A stretch of 64,000 nt of DNA from Lama guanicoe (GCA_013239625.1 MU054001.1:372001-436000), one strand, 5' to 3'. Numbered from the stretch's first letter, positions 24,073 to 37,639 are shown. A program made the numbers and translations. The notes: generated by a model not told the origin, from the sequence alone.

Positions 24073-24559
24073 TTACCAGTAGGATGGACATCAAGCTGTG
24101 GGCAAGAAGGGAGACTGCAGTTTTGCCCTAACACTGCCCAGAATTCATTTACCTGTGACATCAGTGACTATCCTTTGGCTCTCAAAATAATTTTAATTTT
24201 AAAAAGCCTGCTGGGAGAGGACACTGCTTATCCCCATCTTTAATGGGGACCTATAGTTACCACATCAAAGGGAGAGAACTTGGGGCAGGAAGGCTTTTCT
24301 GGATGGCTCCGAGCAGTACCAGTGAGCAGACCACCATTCTCTGCTATGCAGCCTTGATCAAGACACCTCAGTCTCATGGGCTGTCCCGTGTTTTGTGAGC
24401 CCTCATGCCCCTTAAACTCCCGCAGCCCCTCTCCATCCACCCCCTTCCCCATCAGTTGCTGAAGCCTCCTACTTGCTCGCTGCATCCCAGGAAGTCCCCT
24501 CCCCTGGAACTGCCCCTACTTAGCCATCCATCTTGAGTGCCTTTGAAGATTTCCGGCTT

Positions 24560-25105
24560 CTCTAGTCCGGAAGCCGCACACAGGGTCAGGCATTTGAGCC
24601 CGATAATCACTCTGCTCTGCCAGTGCCCGAGTGCCACGAAGCCTCTTTTCATGCCTATTTAAAGCCTCCGAGGGGCTTTCAAGTGCTCTTTGATAAATCA
24701 TAGTAAGTGTTATTCTGGCCACTCCAGCTCAGTACCTGCTCGCGCCCTCCCCGTCTCCCGGGCAGCTGCTCCCCATCACTGCATTTCACTGGCGACAGTA
24801 ATTCATTCCACTCGAGCTGACGAGCTTAGTTCCCATTTATTTGCACATTATGAGCTGTGTCACTCCACTTACCCTCTAGACAGTAAATGGTTTGAAAAAT
24901 GCAACTGTAACAAATATTCGGCAGAGGATAAGAGAGAGGAAAAAAGAATTGAGAGAGAGTGAAGGAGGGAAATTAAACCTTTGAATTCAGGGTCCAAAAA
25001 CACCCAGATAATGAATAAATAATGCCCTTGAATTATCTCAATCAGCAACAGCATCAGGGATGCCATAGAAACTTCCAAGGCTTCCTCGAAAATAAATCTC
25101 ATTCT
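24560..25105. promoter_or_regulatory. Candidate conserved non-coding element
   Basis: Repeat-free, CpG-retaining, ATAAATCA (reverse PBX-HOX) 24693-24700, multiple TAAT/ATTA cores. Confidence 0.45.
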
Positions 25106-26039
25106 TTTCCTCTCTCTGCTTTTGAGTCTGAGTTCTCTGAAAGTGGGGCTAAATCAAATACCGTAGGAAAATAATTAGGCTGCAGTGTTGGCTTTTGCCT
25201 TTGAAATCAGAGAAGCCTGGGCTGTTTTCTCTGCCTGTTGGAGGCCAGGGGCCCCACTCTATAGCCCCACTTTCTCTGTGATGATTAGGATGGCTTTCAA
25301 GGAAACTGAGGCAGCTCATAAAGGTAATGCTTCTTTTTCTAGGTCTCAGAGCTTATACAAATTCGGACTTGAACCCAAGTCTTCTAAAACTCGGTGTGAC
25401 TTGTTTAATGCAGCCTATGTAGCACCTTTGTGAGCAGTATAAAAAGCTGCCCCACCTCTCCTAACTCGTAGCTAGGATGCGGCTTGGCTGGCTGATGGAG
25501 CCTTGTATGACGAGGAGGTGCCCCTTCCTCTGGGCAGATACCATGCTAGGACACATGACTTGCCTTGTAGTGTGTAGGCTGGGTATTAGCTTTGCATATA
25601 TCCCCAGCCTGAAGCCTTTGTACAGTGCACATCCTGCACAACCGTACATGACATCTTTCCATGATAGTCCAGGAACGTCCACTTTCCTTAAGATGTGGGG
25701 AGTAGTTACTAGAATGTTTAAGGCTAAATCTAGACTGTATCTAGGAAGATAGAAGCATGTTGCAAAACCAAGAGCAGAAGCAGGATGGGAGAGAGGCTAC
25801 AGAATGGTAGGGCTAGACCTCAGAGGGTTGTCTGCATTCAGGCTGCAGTGGGAAAAACAGATCTAGACAAGGGGTTTGGGGTGATGATGTGCATGCAGAA
25901 CGTGCCTGGGGTTCAACACATGCTGTGAGGTAGGCCAGCCACTTAGAGGAAGCCCCTGGGGCTGGAAGCATATCCTGTCTCTGGAGCCATGGCAACCGCT
26001 TGGAGGCTAGGATTTGGAAGTAGATACCACGTGATGTAT

Positions 26040-26600
26040 GACTAAAATCATGATTTGAATCCTGGCTCTATCACTATGGTAGATGAGGTCTTTGATCAGC
26101 AAGTATTTACTTCCTCCCCTATCTCAATGGTCACAAGGTACTTCCCACCCCTTTGATGTTGGGCTGAGCCATGTAACCTGCTTTGGCCAATGAGATGCTG
26201 GCCATTGTGATGCAAGCAGAGGCTTAGAATATGCTTGCAAACCTGCCTCTCATCCTCCTGTCACTGCCACAGGAACATATGCTAGTAAGCCCAGTGGTCC
26301 CGCTAGGACAAACACATAGAGCAGACCTGAACCAAACCCAGATCCAGGCACAGCTGACCCCAGTCTAGATCAGCCAAACTGGAGCCAAACCTCAGATCAT
26401 GGTGGTTGTTTGTTATTCAGCAATAGCTGACTCAGACAACTTCTTGCTATGCCATCTTTGACAAGTTCTTTTATCTTCCAAAGCCCTCATTTCTTCATGT
26501 ATAAAATGGGCAAATATAGAGCTATGGTAAGAATTAAATGAAATGATAGCATAAATTACCTCACAGATAGTATATAGTCAATAAATATTAAATATGATTG
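26040..26600 (+). mobile_element. MIR split by an MLT1H/I-like LTR (about 26075-26438)
   Basis: tttgaatcctggctctatcac | tgggctgagccatgtaacctgctttggccaatgagatg...gttgtttgttattcagcaatagctga | gacaagtt...tataaaatggg. Confidence 0.75.
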
Positions 26601-27044
26601 TGATTATTATTTGACAGCAATCCCTAGTTCCTTCCCCCATCCTTTGCCTCCTTCCCAGGCATCTCTTCCTACCCTAGAGATCACAATCACCAAAAGTTAG
26701 GGATGCATTTGGGAGGGTGAGAGGCCAGCTCCTAGCCCATCTTATCAACTACTGCTTTGTGGGAAAGAAAAAGCAACATAAAGTCTACTCACTGTCACAA
26801 TAAGACTGAACGCAGGGAGCATTTCCTTGCAGGGGATCAGGCCCCAAACAGAGATGTGACAGGACCTAAAGGTGAGCTTTTCTGAGCACTGGTCCAAGGC
26901 CCTTGGACCAGTGACGCATAATACAAAGCCCACTGATAGAGATATGCACCCGGACCTCCAGCCCCAGAGTGACAGTGCTGCCCCAGGAAGTCTTAAATTT
27001 AAATGCAGAAAGGAACTACCTTAAGCCCTTGTGTGTGCACTGCC

Positions 27045-27225
27045 CTTCACAGTTCACAAAACACCGATGCTTGTGTTCTCCTCAGTACCTTGCAACAGCC
27101 CCAGGAGAGAAGGCTATGATGGTCTGCACTTTGCAGATGGGTAAGTGAGGGCTTGAGCCAGGCAAGGAAGTGGCAGAGCAGAGGCGAGCGGTCCTCCAGC
27201 TTAGCTCCCACTGGCCAAGGCTCTC
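27045..27225 (-). mobile_element. MIR SINE
   Basis: cactttgcagatgggtaagtgagggct. Confidence 0.6.
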
Positions 27226-28404
27226 CCATCCCCTAACCCTTGCCAAGAAGGCTGATGGGAATGGTTCTCAAGGTGAGATCAAGAGCGACTGTCATGCTCA
27301 GCAAAGTTGAAACAATCTGCCAAGGTTCGCAGGCACATCTGTTCGCAAATGTTCACAGACGTGAAGGGCAGGGAGAGTCTCAGAGATTGTTGAGGGCAGT
27401 GTCGTCCCCAAAATGAGTCATTTGCACAACACCCTGAGGGTTTCTGTCATGTCCACATGACTTTATCACTTACTTTGATGGCTTCTCCCAAAATAGAGCC
27501 CATGTTTTTACTTGAATGTCTTTATTTTCAAACAAAATTTGATCGTATCTGCAAAGTCACAGATCTAATGTGCTCGCTGTATTTTTTCCCAATACACATT
27601 CAAATAAATCTCTGACTCTTTAAACAACAATGGTTCATTCACAGACCTCCTAAAATCATCACGTGCATGCACCCAGGAAACATTACTATGGGAAATGCTG
27701 ATCTAGGCTAAGGGTCTCCTTTTTCGGAGGGAAACTGAGGCACAGAGAGGCAGTGGGTTTTGCCAAGGTCACACAGATAGACGCAAAGGCACAGCGTGAT
27801 CTCCCGATACTGCACTTGGGCCATCCTGCCTCACCAACGGGCCCCAGTGGGTTCCCTAGGTTGCCAGTTCTATTCACAGATGCTGTTCTGTGTGATCAAG
27901 GATTCTGGGCCCACATGAGTTTGGGAACTGCCAGGCTAAACTCTGTTGAGAAGGGTCGCTTGGCATTAAACTGATGTGACCCCAAGAGGGTCAGTCATGA
28001 TGCTTCCAAACGTCTCTGGTCAGGGGACACTTTTACACTAATCAGCTTACATAAGCTTCTGGAAAGGTGGCTTGCTGGTAAGCTTGTCTGAGGCTCTGGG
28101 CCCAGCCATTGAGGCCCGGGAACCTCCCTAGAGACCTAGGTTCACTTTTTCTGGGAAGCCAAGTTCCATCTGGAATCCTGGGTCAGGAAGGATATCCCTC
28201 CAAAGGGGGCAAGAAATGTGGGCATGGCTGGGAGGGCTAGGAACCCAGGGCTTGGATCCTGGAGGCAGCAGGGAGGCTGGGGAGGGAGAGGTGCAGGGGT
28301 GGCCACAGGACAGCCTGGCTATGGGGCCAGCTGCTGTGGCCATGTCCTGGGCCTAAAGAGCCCTGGCTCTGTCCTGTCCTAACTACAATTGCACCAGGGT
28401 TTCA

Positions 28405-28610
28405 AGATTGACTCAGGCTATTTACCATGGCTTTGCCTCTCCCCAGCTGGGTGACCTTGGGCAATTTAGGACCTCTGACACTCAGGTTCCTCATCTATAT
28501 ATAAAATGGGATGATACTATTCACATCGGTGTAATGAGAAAATGTACATCAAGTACCCAACACAGCCCCTGGTGGGTAGATGTCCAATAAAAGGTCATTA
28601 TTATTATCAT
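28405..28610 (+). mobile_element. MIR SINE
   Basis: gctgggtgaccttgggcaattt...ctcaggttcctcatcta...taaaatggga. Confidence 0.75.
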
Positions 28611-29849
28611 CATCATTAGCAGCAGCAGCAGCCTTGAATGCTCCCCATCCCTTCCTAAATCTGTGATTCTGATCACCCGTCTCTCTCTTTCTCATTTCCT
28701 GTGCTATCTCATGTCCCATGGGAATCCCTTCTTGGCTTTCAAAAACACCAAGTGTTGGGTAGGCAGCGAAAGTACTTTCTCTATTTTCCAGATCATCACA
28801 TTCATTTCTGTTTCGAGCACTACACTGAGCAGGTGGGGAACTTGAGTTCATTATTTTGGTATCCTGCCCTCTGCCTTCCTGCTGCCAGGTCAGTCTTGCT
28901 GGGTGTCAAGGCATCGAACCAGTGGCCTCAGTGGTTCACAGAGGCGCCAGTGGAGGCTTTGAGGCAGACACTGTGGGCTGCCTGCTCTACAGCACCCCCC
29001 TGTCACCTTTCTTCAAATTATCATTATCAAATCTGAAAATGTTGAATACGTACTTATATCTAAATGTCCTCTGAGAGGTTTTTGGGAATCACCTTAGCAA
29101 ACAAGGAGGGCATCCCAGCAGTTAGCCCTTTTATATTTTCTGGCCCCTCCCATCTTGCATGTACACTGTAGTGTGAAGATGTGATGGTTGGGGCTGCTGC
29201 AGCCAACTTGCAACTATGAGGAAAAGACCGAGAAAATCCCATAGATGTTGATTTGGGTCCCTGACACCGCTGAGCTGCCAAACCACTACCACTGGGTAGA
29301 CAAAGGTCACAGGAGATGGGTTCAGTCAGTTGGGCAAGATCAGTCTTCCACGGAAAACAAGCACATGTTGCTGAACGCTGGGTGCTGAGTACTATGTTAG
29401 ACCCAGAGATAACAAAGAAAGAAAAACCACCACAGTGACTTCCCTCCACCATAACATCTGTGTAGCTAAATGACATCTTAACCTTGCAAACTTCTCTTTA
29501 GCTGGTCTTCCTAGGACTGGGTTCCAGATTCAAAGTCTGGTGGTTCATCTTGGGGCAATTTATTAAAGTGATTCTGACCTGAGTTCCCATTCATGGAAAA
29601 CGAGGACAGTTATATCTGGCTCATAGGGTTCTTATGGGATAATGGTGGTAAAGAGCTGAACACACTTCAACAGTTAGTTCTCGAGAAGTGAACCATGTGA
29701 CTGCTGCAGTTATTAATGCCCTGGTGTCATGAGACCGCTGCTGGAACCCTCCTAACAGTCACACCTAGTCTCCCGGACTGGGCCCACGTCTGGGATCCCA
29801 GGTCCCAAGGGCCTGTCCGGAGGGCAGGGTGGCTTCACACAGGGCCTCC

Positions 29850-30105
29850 ACATCCTTGCAATGGAGGCCCCGAAGAGAAATTAATTCTCTCCATTCAGGG
29901 TCCTCCTCTCTATTACCTATTCATCAAAAATTGCCCAGCGTTTGTGCATTTTTCATTACAAGAGTCAACATTTGCCACGTTAATAAAGCAAGGGGCTGCT
30001 TTTCTCCTCTCAGAAATAAAATATGTAACGACATGGCCCCTTTGATGTTTCTCAGCCAATACAATACGTATCTGAATAAGGATGAAAGCCGTCCTGTTAG
30101 GGCCA
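29850..30105. promoter_or_regulatory. Candidate conserved non-coding element
   Basis: Near-palindrome agagaaattaattctct, TTAATAAA, CCTTTGATG (TCF/LEF) 30039-30047, retained CpGs. Confidence 0.5.
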
Positions 30106-31689
30106 GGCCGCTGAGGGACTGTGACGGAGGGGGCCCGGGAAGGGGTGTGGCAGGGTCCCTGGAAGCAGCTCAGTAGGGCAGGGAGTGGGCCGGACTCGGA
30201 GGAGAGAACCCGCTTTCCATGGCCTCCTCCCCATCCAAGCCCCTGAGAGACCTCGCAGGGTGAGAGAGGTCACAGGAAGATTCTTCGGCCCTCTGGGATA
30301 GCCCTGCTGCAGTAAATCATGACAATCAGTGGCTAGGAGGTGACATGGGATGCTCGAGGAGTGTACAGATGCCCAGTTCCTGGACCAAGGGCGGCAGTGG
30401 AGGTTAGTTACAGGGTCAGCTCACGGTGTCTTAGATGGAAGATGATCAAAGGAGACAAAGGTGCCTTCTCTCTGGGTTGTTTGCGTGCATGACACGGGAC
30501 CATGTACATGCGTGCACTTGTGATGGAAACATGCACCTGATGGGAGAGAATTATTTTTGTCTTCAGAAGCTACCGCATGTCCTGAACACCTATGATGCCA
30601 GTGCACTCAGAGTGACGCACCGGTGGAACCCTGTCTTGGTCCACGTGGAGCTGACAGTCACCGCCCACTCCCTCCTCCTGGGCATCCCTGTCGGCCTGCC
30701 CCAAACCCGGACCCAACCCCGCAGGTCGGGCCTGTTGGGCAGAAAAGCAGCCAGAGTACCCCAGCGCCTGGGAGGGCTGTAACGCTTTAGGACTGTCTGG
30801 TGAGACCTGGTCATACACTCACAGCCCTAAAGTAGGCAGCAGGGCACATTCCTGGCTCTGGGCTTACAGCAGATGCTCTGCTCAGCGTCTTTGCTCCTTA
30901 CAGTAGCAAACCCATTTTCACCCTGGCTCCTTGTGGCTCCAGCCTTGCTTCATGGGGCCCACTGTCAAGCCTCCTCCTCGTCTCTCCAGAAGGTCTTTGA
31001 TACCAGTAGGAACTATAGCCAGTGAAGGTGGAAGGAACGAACCAGAAAGCTCAGAGAGAGGCAGTGGGCTCACAGAGGAGCTAGAAGCCATCATCTGAAG
31101 ACTCAGCTCCAGCTCCAAAGGGGAAAGCCTTTTCATCATGCTGAGCCTCAGTTGTCTCATCTGTAAAATGGCGCTCCCATTACCCACTGGCTCCTACTTA
31201 TGATTTGCAAGGATCAGTTGAGGTGACCTGTGTGTAAGAGGTCAGTGGGGTGGCCAAGAGTGCCGAGACCAGAAGCAGTGCTGACAGCCTCCAGCTGAAC
31301 TCCAGCTTCAGTTACTGGTCGGCAGTGAGGGATGGCAACAGAACCTTCCCAAAAGAGCTGCCGTGAGGATTCAGAGACCATCTATGCACAAAGTGTCCAG
31401 AGCCATTCCAGGCACCAGGGTCTACCTCTGTTCTCAGGGGCTCCCACCCGCGTGGGGGAGAAAGACAACAAACAGACATCTAATGGGGTGCTGTGCACAG
31501 AGTGACCACGTGTCTCCTGTTACACCTACTGTCCCTGCAGAATTATTAATAGCGCCCCCTTTCATACGCAAAAGTCGTCTGGTTTGGAAGATCAATTCTA
31601 TATTCCTTGTCACTGTAAAGAAAATGAAAGAGAAGGATAAATAAAAAAGTGACCTAGAAGAGCATGTTTAGAGTCATGAGTCAGAAAGG

Positions 31690-32440
31690 CCATGTGACAT
31701 CTTCATTAAGACCTGAGTAAAGGGAAGGAGTCGGTCATGTAACCATCAGGTCAATAAGAATTTCAGGCGGAGGAAACAGCAAGAGCTAAGGCCCTGAGGC
31801 ACCGCCGAGCTTTGGGTGGTAGAAAAGCAGGAGGAAAGAGCATTGAGGAGAGGAGAAAGCAGTGTAAAAGGAGGGCCCAGGGGTAGGCAGGGCCTGATCA
31901 CAGATGACCTGGTGGGCTTCAAGAAGGGAATTTAAATTTTGTTTCTCTAGGTCAGAGGACAGCACACTTTTTCTGTAAAAAAAAAAAAATCATAGAATAC
32001 ATATTTTAGACCTCGTAGGCCATAAGTTCTGTGTTGCATCTACTCATCTACTCAGTTCTGCTGTTGTAGCACAAAAGTTACCATCTTCAATATGCAAACA
32101 GAAGGGTGAGGCCGTGTTTCAATAAAACTTTCTTTACAAGAACAGGGAGCAGGCCAGATTTGACCCCAAGCTGTAATTTGCCAACTCTGCTTTAGGTCAC
32201 AGGGACCATGGATGGATTTTAAGCAAGGGCTTGACCATGGTATGACATGATCTGATTGACATTGTTAAAATAACCTCTCTGGTTGCTGTGATGATAATGG
32301 ATGGCAGTGGGTCAAGAGAGATTCCTGTTAAAAAGAAAAAGAAATTTAAAAAAACTACTGCAGAAGTCCAGATAAGTGCTGATGGACCCAAGAACTAGCA
32401 GAGGAGACAGAGAGAAGTGATGGATTTGGAAGCTGTTCTG
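31690..32440 (-). mobile_element. L2 LINE fragment split by MER58A
   Basis: ttcaggcggaggaaacagcaagagctaaggccctgagg...ggattttaagcaagg...gacatgatctgatt...ctctctggttgctg. Confidence 0.7.
31953..32189 (+). mobile_element. MER58A (hAT-Charlie) with 8-bp TSD
   Basis: ctactcagttctgctgttgtagcacaaaag...caataaaacttt...aggccagatttgacc; TSD ctctaggt (31945-31952) / ctttaggt (32190-32197). Confidence 0.9.
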
Positions 32441-32569
32441 AAGGGAAGCAGCCCAGAAGGGAGGTTTGCTACTGTGAAATATGGGTTAAATGCAAGGTAT
32501 GATCATCAGCCCTGTTATCTGTACCTTTTTGCTTGTCAAGGGGCTGGCTAGGCTGACAGCCACCAGACC

Positions 32570-32830
32570 CATGCAGGAAGCTTTGCAGAAATTGCCTCCT
32601 CTGTTTAAATCACTTACAAAAGCTCAGGCTGCAATTATAAAGCTTCATAGCTGTGCCGCATTCATAAAAAGAGGTAATTTTAATATTTGGTTCAACTTCA
32701 AAGCAGTAACTTAGAATTATATATACCCCATTAAAATATAATGTTTCTCCCCTAAACTAATCAAATGGCTAAATCAATTGTTGGTGGATTGCCAGTGGCC
32801 TAAGGATCAATGGGAATAGAAAATGTATTC
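32570..32830. promoter_or_regulatory. Candidate conserved non-coding element
   Basis: AT-rich non-repeat with taaatca, taatcaaa, taaatcaa and ggatcaat motifs. Confidence 0.35.
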
Positions 32831-34327
32831 TATATTTTCCTTGTTACATAGAGTTAGAGCACATATTTTATTAATGTTCATCCTTTAGAGACCAGATTTG
32901 TGTGTTCGTTAAAATAAATACACAATCTTTAGGGCTTGGTTGGATGGAGAGTGCAGAAGTGTGAGGGCAGAGAAGCCCTTCACAAGGCAGCAGCCACTCC
33001 AGAGCCCTGGTGGGGTGGTGGGAAGCACCTGGGGCTGGGATCCAGGGAACCTGAGTCTTGCATCTCCCACTCACGTGTTGAATGACTTTGGAATATGTCC
33101 TTTCTCTTCTTCGTCTCTCCATTTGTCAAATGAGGAGTTTGGCCAAGATCAGTAAAGGTAAATAGGTTTTGTGGTAATTTCACTTAATTAGTGCACTGCA
33201 TGTGGCCTTGCACAGAGAAAGGTTCTGAAACTATGGTTGGATTCAGAGGGAGGGAGTGTGGCAATTGATTAGTAGTGTCTGCCATGAGCATAGGTGTGGT
33301 GATTGATTAGTAATGTCTGCTATGGGCAAGGGTGAGGCATCTGTGAGCCAGGTGTTTGTAATCCTTGGACGAAATGACTCTAAGGTACCGTCTGTTCTAA
33401 GGCTGAATAAAGGTCTACTAGTCTGAGTACATAGTTTCCTCCCTGACTTGTAGGATCTTCTAACGCCCTCCATGGATGACCTCTCATCCTTCCTTGTGGC
33501 CAGCTTTGGCTGGACTGGGGCCTCATTGAGAATAATAGATTTCATACTTTGTGTACAGTATGTTAGTTGCTAAATGTCAATGATGTGTACTGTACATCAG
33601 GCACTACAGGTTCAGAGGTTCATAAGCCATGGCTGCAGCTCATGTGAGCAGGGAATATGGAGAAGGGTGTTCAATTTAAAAAAGAACCATAAAGTGACAA
33701 AGTTCTAATGTCTCCCTGAATTTTCTATCATACCAGGGAAAAGTTAGTCAACAGGGTGAGTTATTCCCCTCATCAACTGAGTCTCTCACTTCCCTTGGTG
33801 GGCTGTCACCTCCCTTATAGCACTTGCAAGTGTTTGGTTGCAAGCAACAGTGACTGACCTAGGCAACAAAGAGATTGATTGGAAAGCTACACAGAAGAGC
33901 TCACTGAGTTGATGGAAGGCTAAAGAGGAAAAGTCTCAGGAAAAGGCAGCACTGGGAGTTCAGGGTGCTGGAACTGAACAATGATGGTGGGCACTGCCCT
34001 TGAGATGTGTTCCACCCAAGATTCTGAGTCCTGGGAGAGAGTTCAGTTGACCAACCTTGAGCTACATGCTCTTTTCTTGGCCTATAAGAAGCCTTGATCT
34101 ATAGGCTGACACAATGGAGTAAAGAGAATACCCCCAAAGAAGACAGGGTCCAGACACATGGAAAGGGGAGATGGATGTTGGGAGGTCAAAGAGAGAACAT
34201 ATCTGGAGGAAGAGGTCTGCAAGTTCTTCTGCCTTGGCAGCCAATAGGGGGCTCTTCTAACCGTAATCAAAGGTCAGCTTAGGCTGCTGGCTCTGCTGTT
34301 TTCTGAGCACAGAATTTGGTCGCCAAA

Positions 34328-34762
34328 GTAGTTTCCCATGGCTACGATTACCATGAACTGGGTGGCTTAAAACAATAGAAATTTGTCCTTTCACAGTTCT
34401 CAAGGCCAGAAGTCCAAAATTAAGGTGTTGACAGGGTTGCCTTCCCTTCAGAAGCTCAAGGGGAGAATCATTCTTTGCCTCTTCTACCTCCTGGTGACTG
34501 CTGACATTCCTTGGCTTGTGGCTGCATCATTTTCATGGTCACATTGCCTTTTTCTCTTTTGTCTGTCTCAAATTTCATCCTGTCTTTCTCTTATAAAGAC
34601 ATCTGTCATTAGATTTAAGGCCCATCTGGATTAACCAGGAGGATGTCTTTATCTCAAGCTCCTTAACTTAATTCCATCTATAAAGATCCTTTTTCCAAAT
34701 AAGGTCACATTCACAGGTTCTGGACATTAGGATGTGAAGGGGCCACCATTCTGTCCACTCTA
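34328..34762 (-). mobile_element. MaLR solo LTR (MLT1C-like)
   Basis: ctgggtggcttaaaacaatagaaattt...ggccagaagtccaaaattaaggtg...ttccttggcttgtggctgcatc...ttccaaataaggtcacattcacagg. Confidence 0.9.
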
Positions 34763-36354
34763 CCTTCGCTAACATTATTCTTTCTTGTGATCTGTCTGCT
34801 TCTCCCACAATGCCTTTTGCTGAATTCTTTTTTTGAGTTTTCTATTCAGGGTAGACACACTTTGTTAGAGTTTGAAAATATCTAGAGTTTCTATTATGTG
34901 CCAGGCATGTTTACATGGAAGATTTATTTTGAGCCTTACAACTGCTCTTCAAGGATAGGCTGGCTTCCTATTCTTCTAGTCCCTGTGGCTCCAGATGGTA
35001 CCCAACTCAAGTGATGGAGCTGGGATTCACACTCAGGCCTCTCTGGTTGTCACACCTACACACTTTCACTGTAATCATGCCCATTTGACTTAACCCTTGC
35101 TGTTTGTTTTTGCTCATTTCGCTAAGAAATTTAGAGGGAAATCCCCTGAAGACTGAGTAAGAGGACTATGAACGGCACCCTTGATGTCACACCTAAAACT
35201 GTCCCTCACTGCCAAAATTGGTCTGCTTTTGCAGGTTGAGCTGGGACCCTTGGAGACACAGAGAGTCACAGCGAACTCAAGGGCATCATTTGTGGGCTGC
35301 CTGCCCTTCCCACAGTCATCCCAGGCTCCTCCAGGAGGTCCTTGGGACCTACAATGCATTTCCAGGTAGTCCTCCAGAGATCACTTGGAAAAGTGGGAGC
35401 CTGGGATCCCTCCTGAAGGCTGGCCTTCCTCTCAATCCTGAGGCTAACCATCAACCATTCAGTGCAGAAGAACTGAATTACAGGCCTCTGTTCTCCCTTG
35501 TAGTGCTGCAGCCAAGATCTCGCATTGAAAGTCTGTGCATAGGTTTATGGCCTTGGGCATTATGTTCACTCCAAAAGCAGAACTGTCTTACCAGTGACTG
35601 TAGTCTGAGGATGTGAACTACTGTGGGCCCCTGAGTCCCAGTGATGATGGAAGGAGAAAAGGTTGAGCTGCACAAAGGCAAAAGACCTTTACAGAAATGG
35701 AAACTGCCCAACTCTGAGCCAGTAACTTCTCTTAGAACTTGAAACTCTATCAGCAAACATCTAGTCGAAACTTTTCATATTCCAGATGGGAAGACTGAGG
35801 CCCAGGGAAAGGCAGAGACCTTCCCAAAGCCCCAGAGAACTCACATCTCCTGACTCCTTTCCTGGGTGCTTCCTGCAACACCCTCAAGTGGGCTGCACTG
35901 AGCAGTGGACCAGCCAGATGAGCGAGAGCCCGTGTAGACAGCTAGAGAACAGAGCCCACCGATTAGTTTGGGAAAGTGACAAGCACATGAAAAATGACCG
36001 AGAAAAGAAACCTAGACATTTTACAAGGAAAATTGCACTTCCTCACAGCCTCAAAATATTCCCCATAAGGTATCCTGGCAAAATATCTCCGAGAATATGC
36101 GACATGTTGGGATTCCATCACAGGCTACAGTTAAGTGTTTTCACCTGGGGGAGAGTTTTGTTTTTCTACTTGAAAAATAAGAAGGATCAACTTAATGGCT
36201 CAAAGGAAATGCCTCCTTAGAAGGAGAACAGTTGTGTTTGCAGAGACGCATTTGTCCATTCTTTCATTTAATAAGCATTTTTCTGAGCCGTATTATGTGC
36301 TAAGCAGTAAGGATACAACAATGAACAAGAAAAACATAGTCCCGCCCTAAGGGT

Positions 36355-36440
36355 GACAGGGATGATGATGATGAAGGTGATGGAGATGGTGGTGCTGGTG
36401 AGGAGGATGGTGGTGGTGGTGGAGGTGATAATGATGATTG
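36355..36440. repeat. (GAT/GGT)n degenerate trinucleotide tract
   Basis: gatgatgatgatgaaggtgatggagatggtggtg... Confidence 0.85.
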
Positions 36441-37476
36441 TAACATTTAACTTCTATTAAGAATTCAACCTGTGCCTTGCTCCTTCATTGATGATCTCAC
36501 TGTCTCTCTGCAACAAGCCTTTTACTAGCTCCTTCTTACTGATATGGAAACTGGGGCATAGAGGTGTTAAGGAACATTCTAGTGCTAATCATTTAGAAAC
36601 TGATAGAGCCAGGTTTTGAGTTAGCCAGTTGGGTCTAATAAAGACAATAGACGATTAACAACTCATCTCTAAAAAAATAAACATATCATCACAAACTGTG
36701 ACTACTTCCACAAAAGACAAGTTCACTTATTTGAAGCGAAAGTAAAGAACCCTTTGTGTCAGGGTTTAGGGAAATCCTGAAGGGTGAGTTGGAATTAGTT
36801 CAGCAAAGAGGATGGGTAACTTGTGTTGCGTTTTTAAATGGACAGAAAAATCCTTTCTTTCCAGTGGAATTCCACATAACACTCTACATGAGAAAACAAG
36901 ACAAGAGCACAGCCTGCAGGGGGGAGCCTGGAGGTACCCCCGAGTCTACTACTCTCCTGACCTTCCTCTCTAGGGACTCCCCTCACCCCATCCTGTAGGA
37001 GCCTGAAGCCCCCAGGAAGACAGTGTAGGACCCACCGATCTGGGGATTTCAGCCAGGCTTGGGGCCAGTGGACAGTGGCTCTGTGGGCAGAGGTGTGAGG
37101 AGAGGTCAAAGTCCTCCAGTCACCTGACACTGGCATTGGCTGCAGCCAGCACAGTGTTTGGTGGTTGCTCAGAGTGGTGAGCAGGTGGAGCACAAAGGCA
37201 GCCTGGAGCAGCAACAGGCACCGCCCCTCTTAGCCTGGAAGCCAAGTGATGGCTGCTCCCACTACTGTCCTAAATCGGCCCCACTGCTTGGGCCTCCCAA
37301 GTGGACCTAATTTACCTGCTGTACTGTTACTGGCCATCAGTACATACCTAAGTAATCATCTCTAGAGACTCCGAACTGAACTGTGATATTATCCTGTCAG
37401 CCATTGGAATCAGCCAGAAATTACAACAAAAAAGAGTCCATTCACAAGAGACTTAAAAGGAGTCACCAGCCCAACC

Positions 37477-37569
37477 AGAAAAGGGCAGGAGCAAAAAAAT
37501 AAAGAAAAGAAAAGAAAAGAAAAAAGGGCAGGAGCAAAAAGAAAAAAAAAAAAAGAAAAGGGCAGGAGC
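37477..37569. repeat. Three copies of (ag)aaaagggcaggagc separated by A-rich tracts
   Basis: Copies at 37477-37492, 37522-37535, 37554-37569. Confidence 0.9.
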
Positions 37570-37639
37570 TTCCTGAAGAAGAGTACAAAGCTTTCCTGAG
37601 TCACAAAAAGCTCGAATGATACACATATACTGCTCGTTT

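Noticed and set aside
37477..37569. Repeat-spacer-repeat pattern resembling a CRISPR array
   Set aside because: Repeats are only 14-16 bp, the spacers are poly(A), there are no cas genes and the context is mammalian
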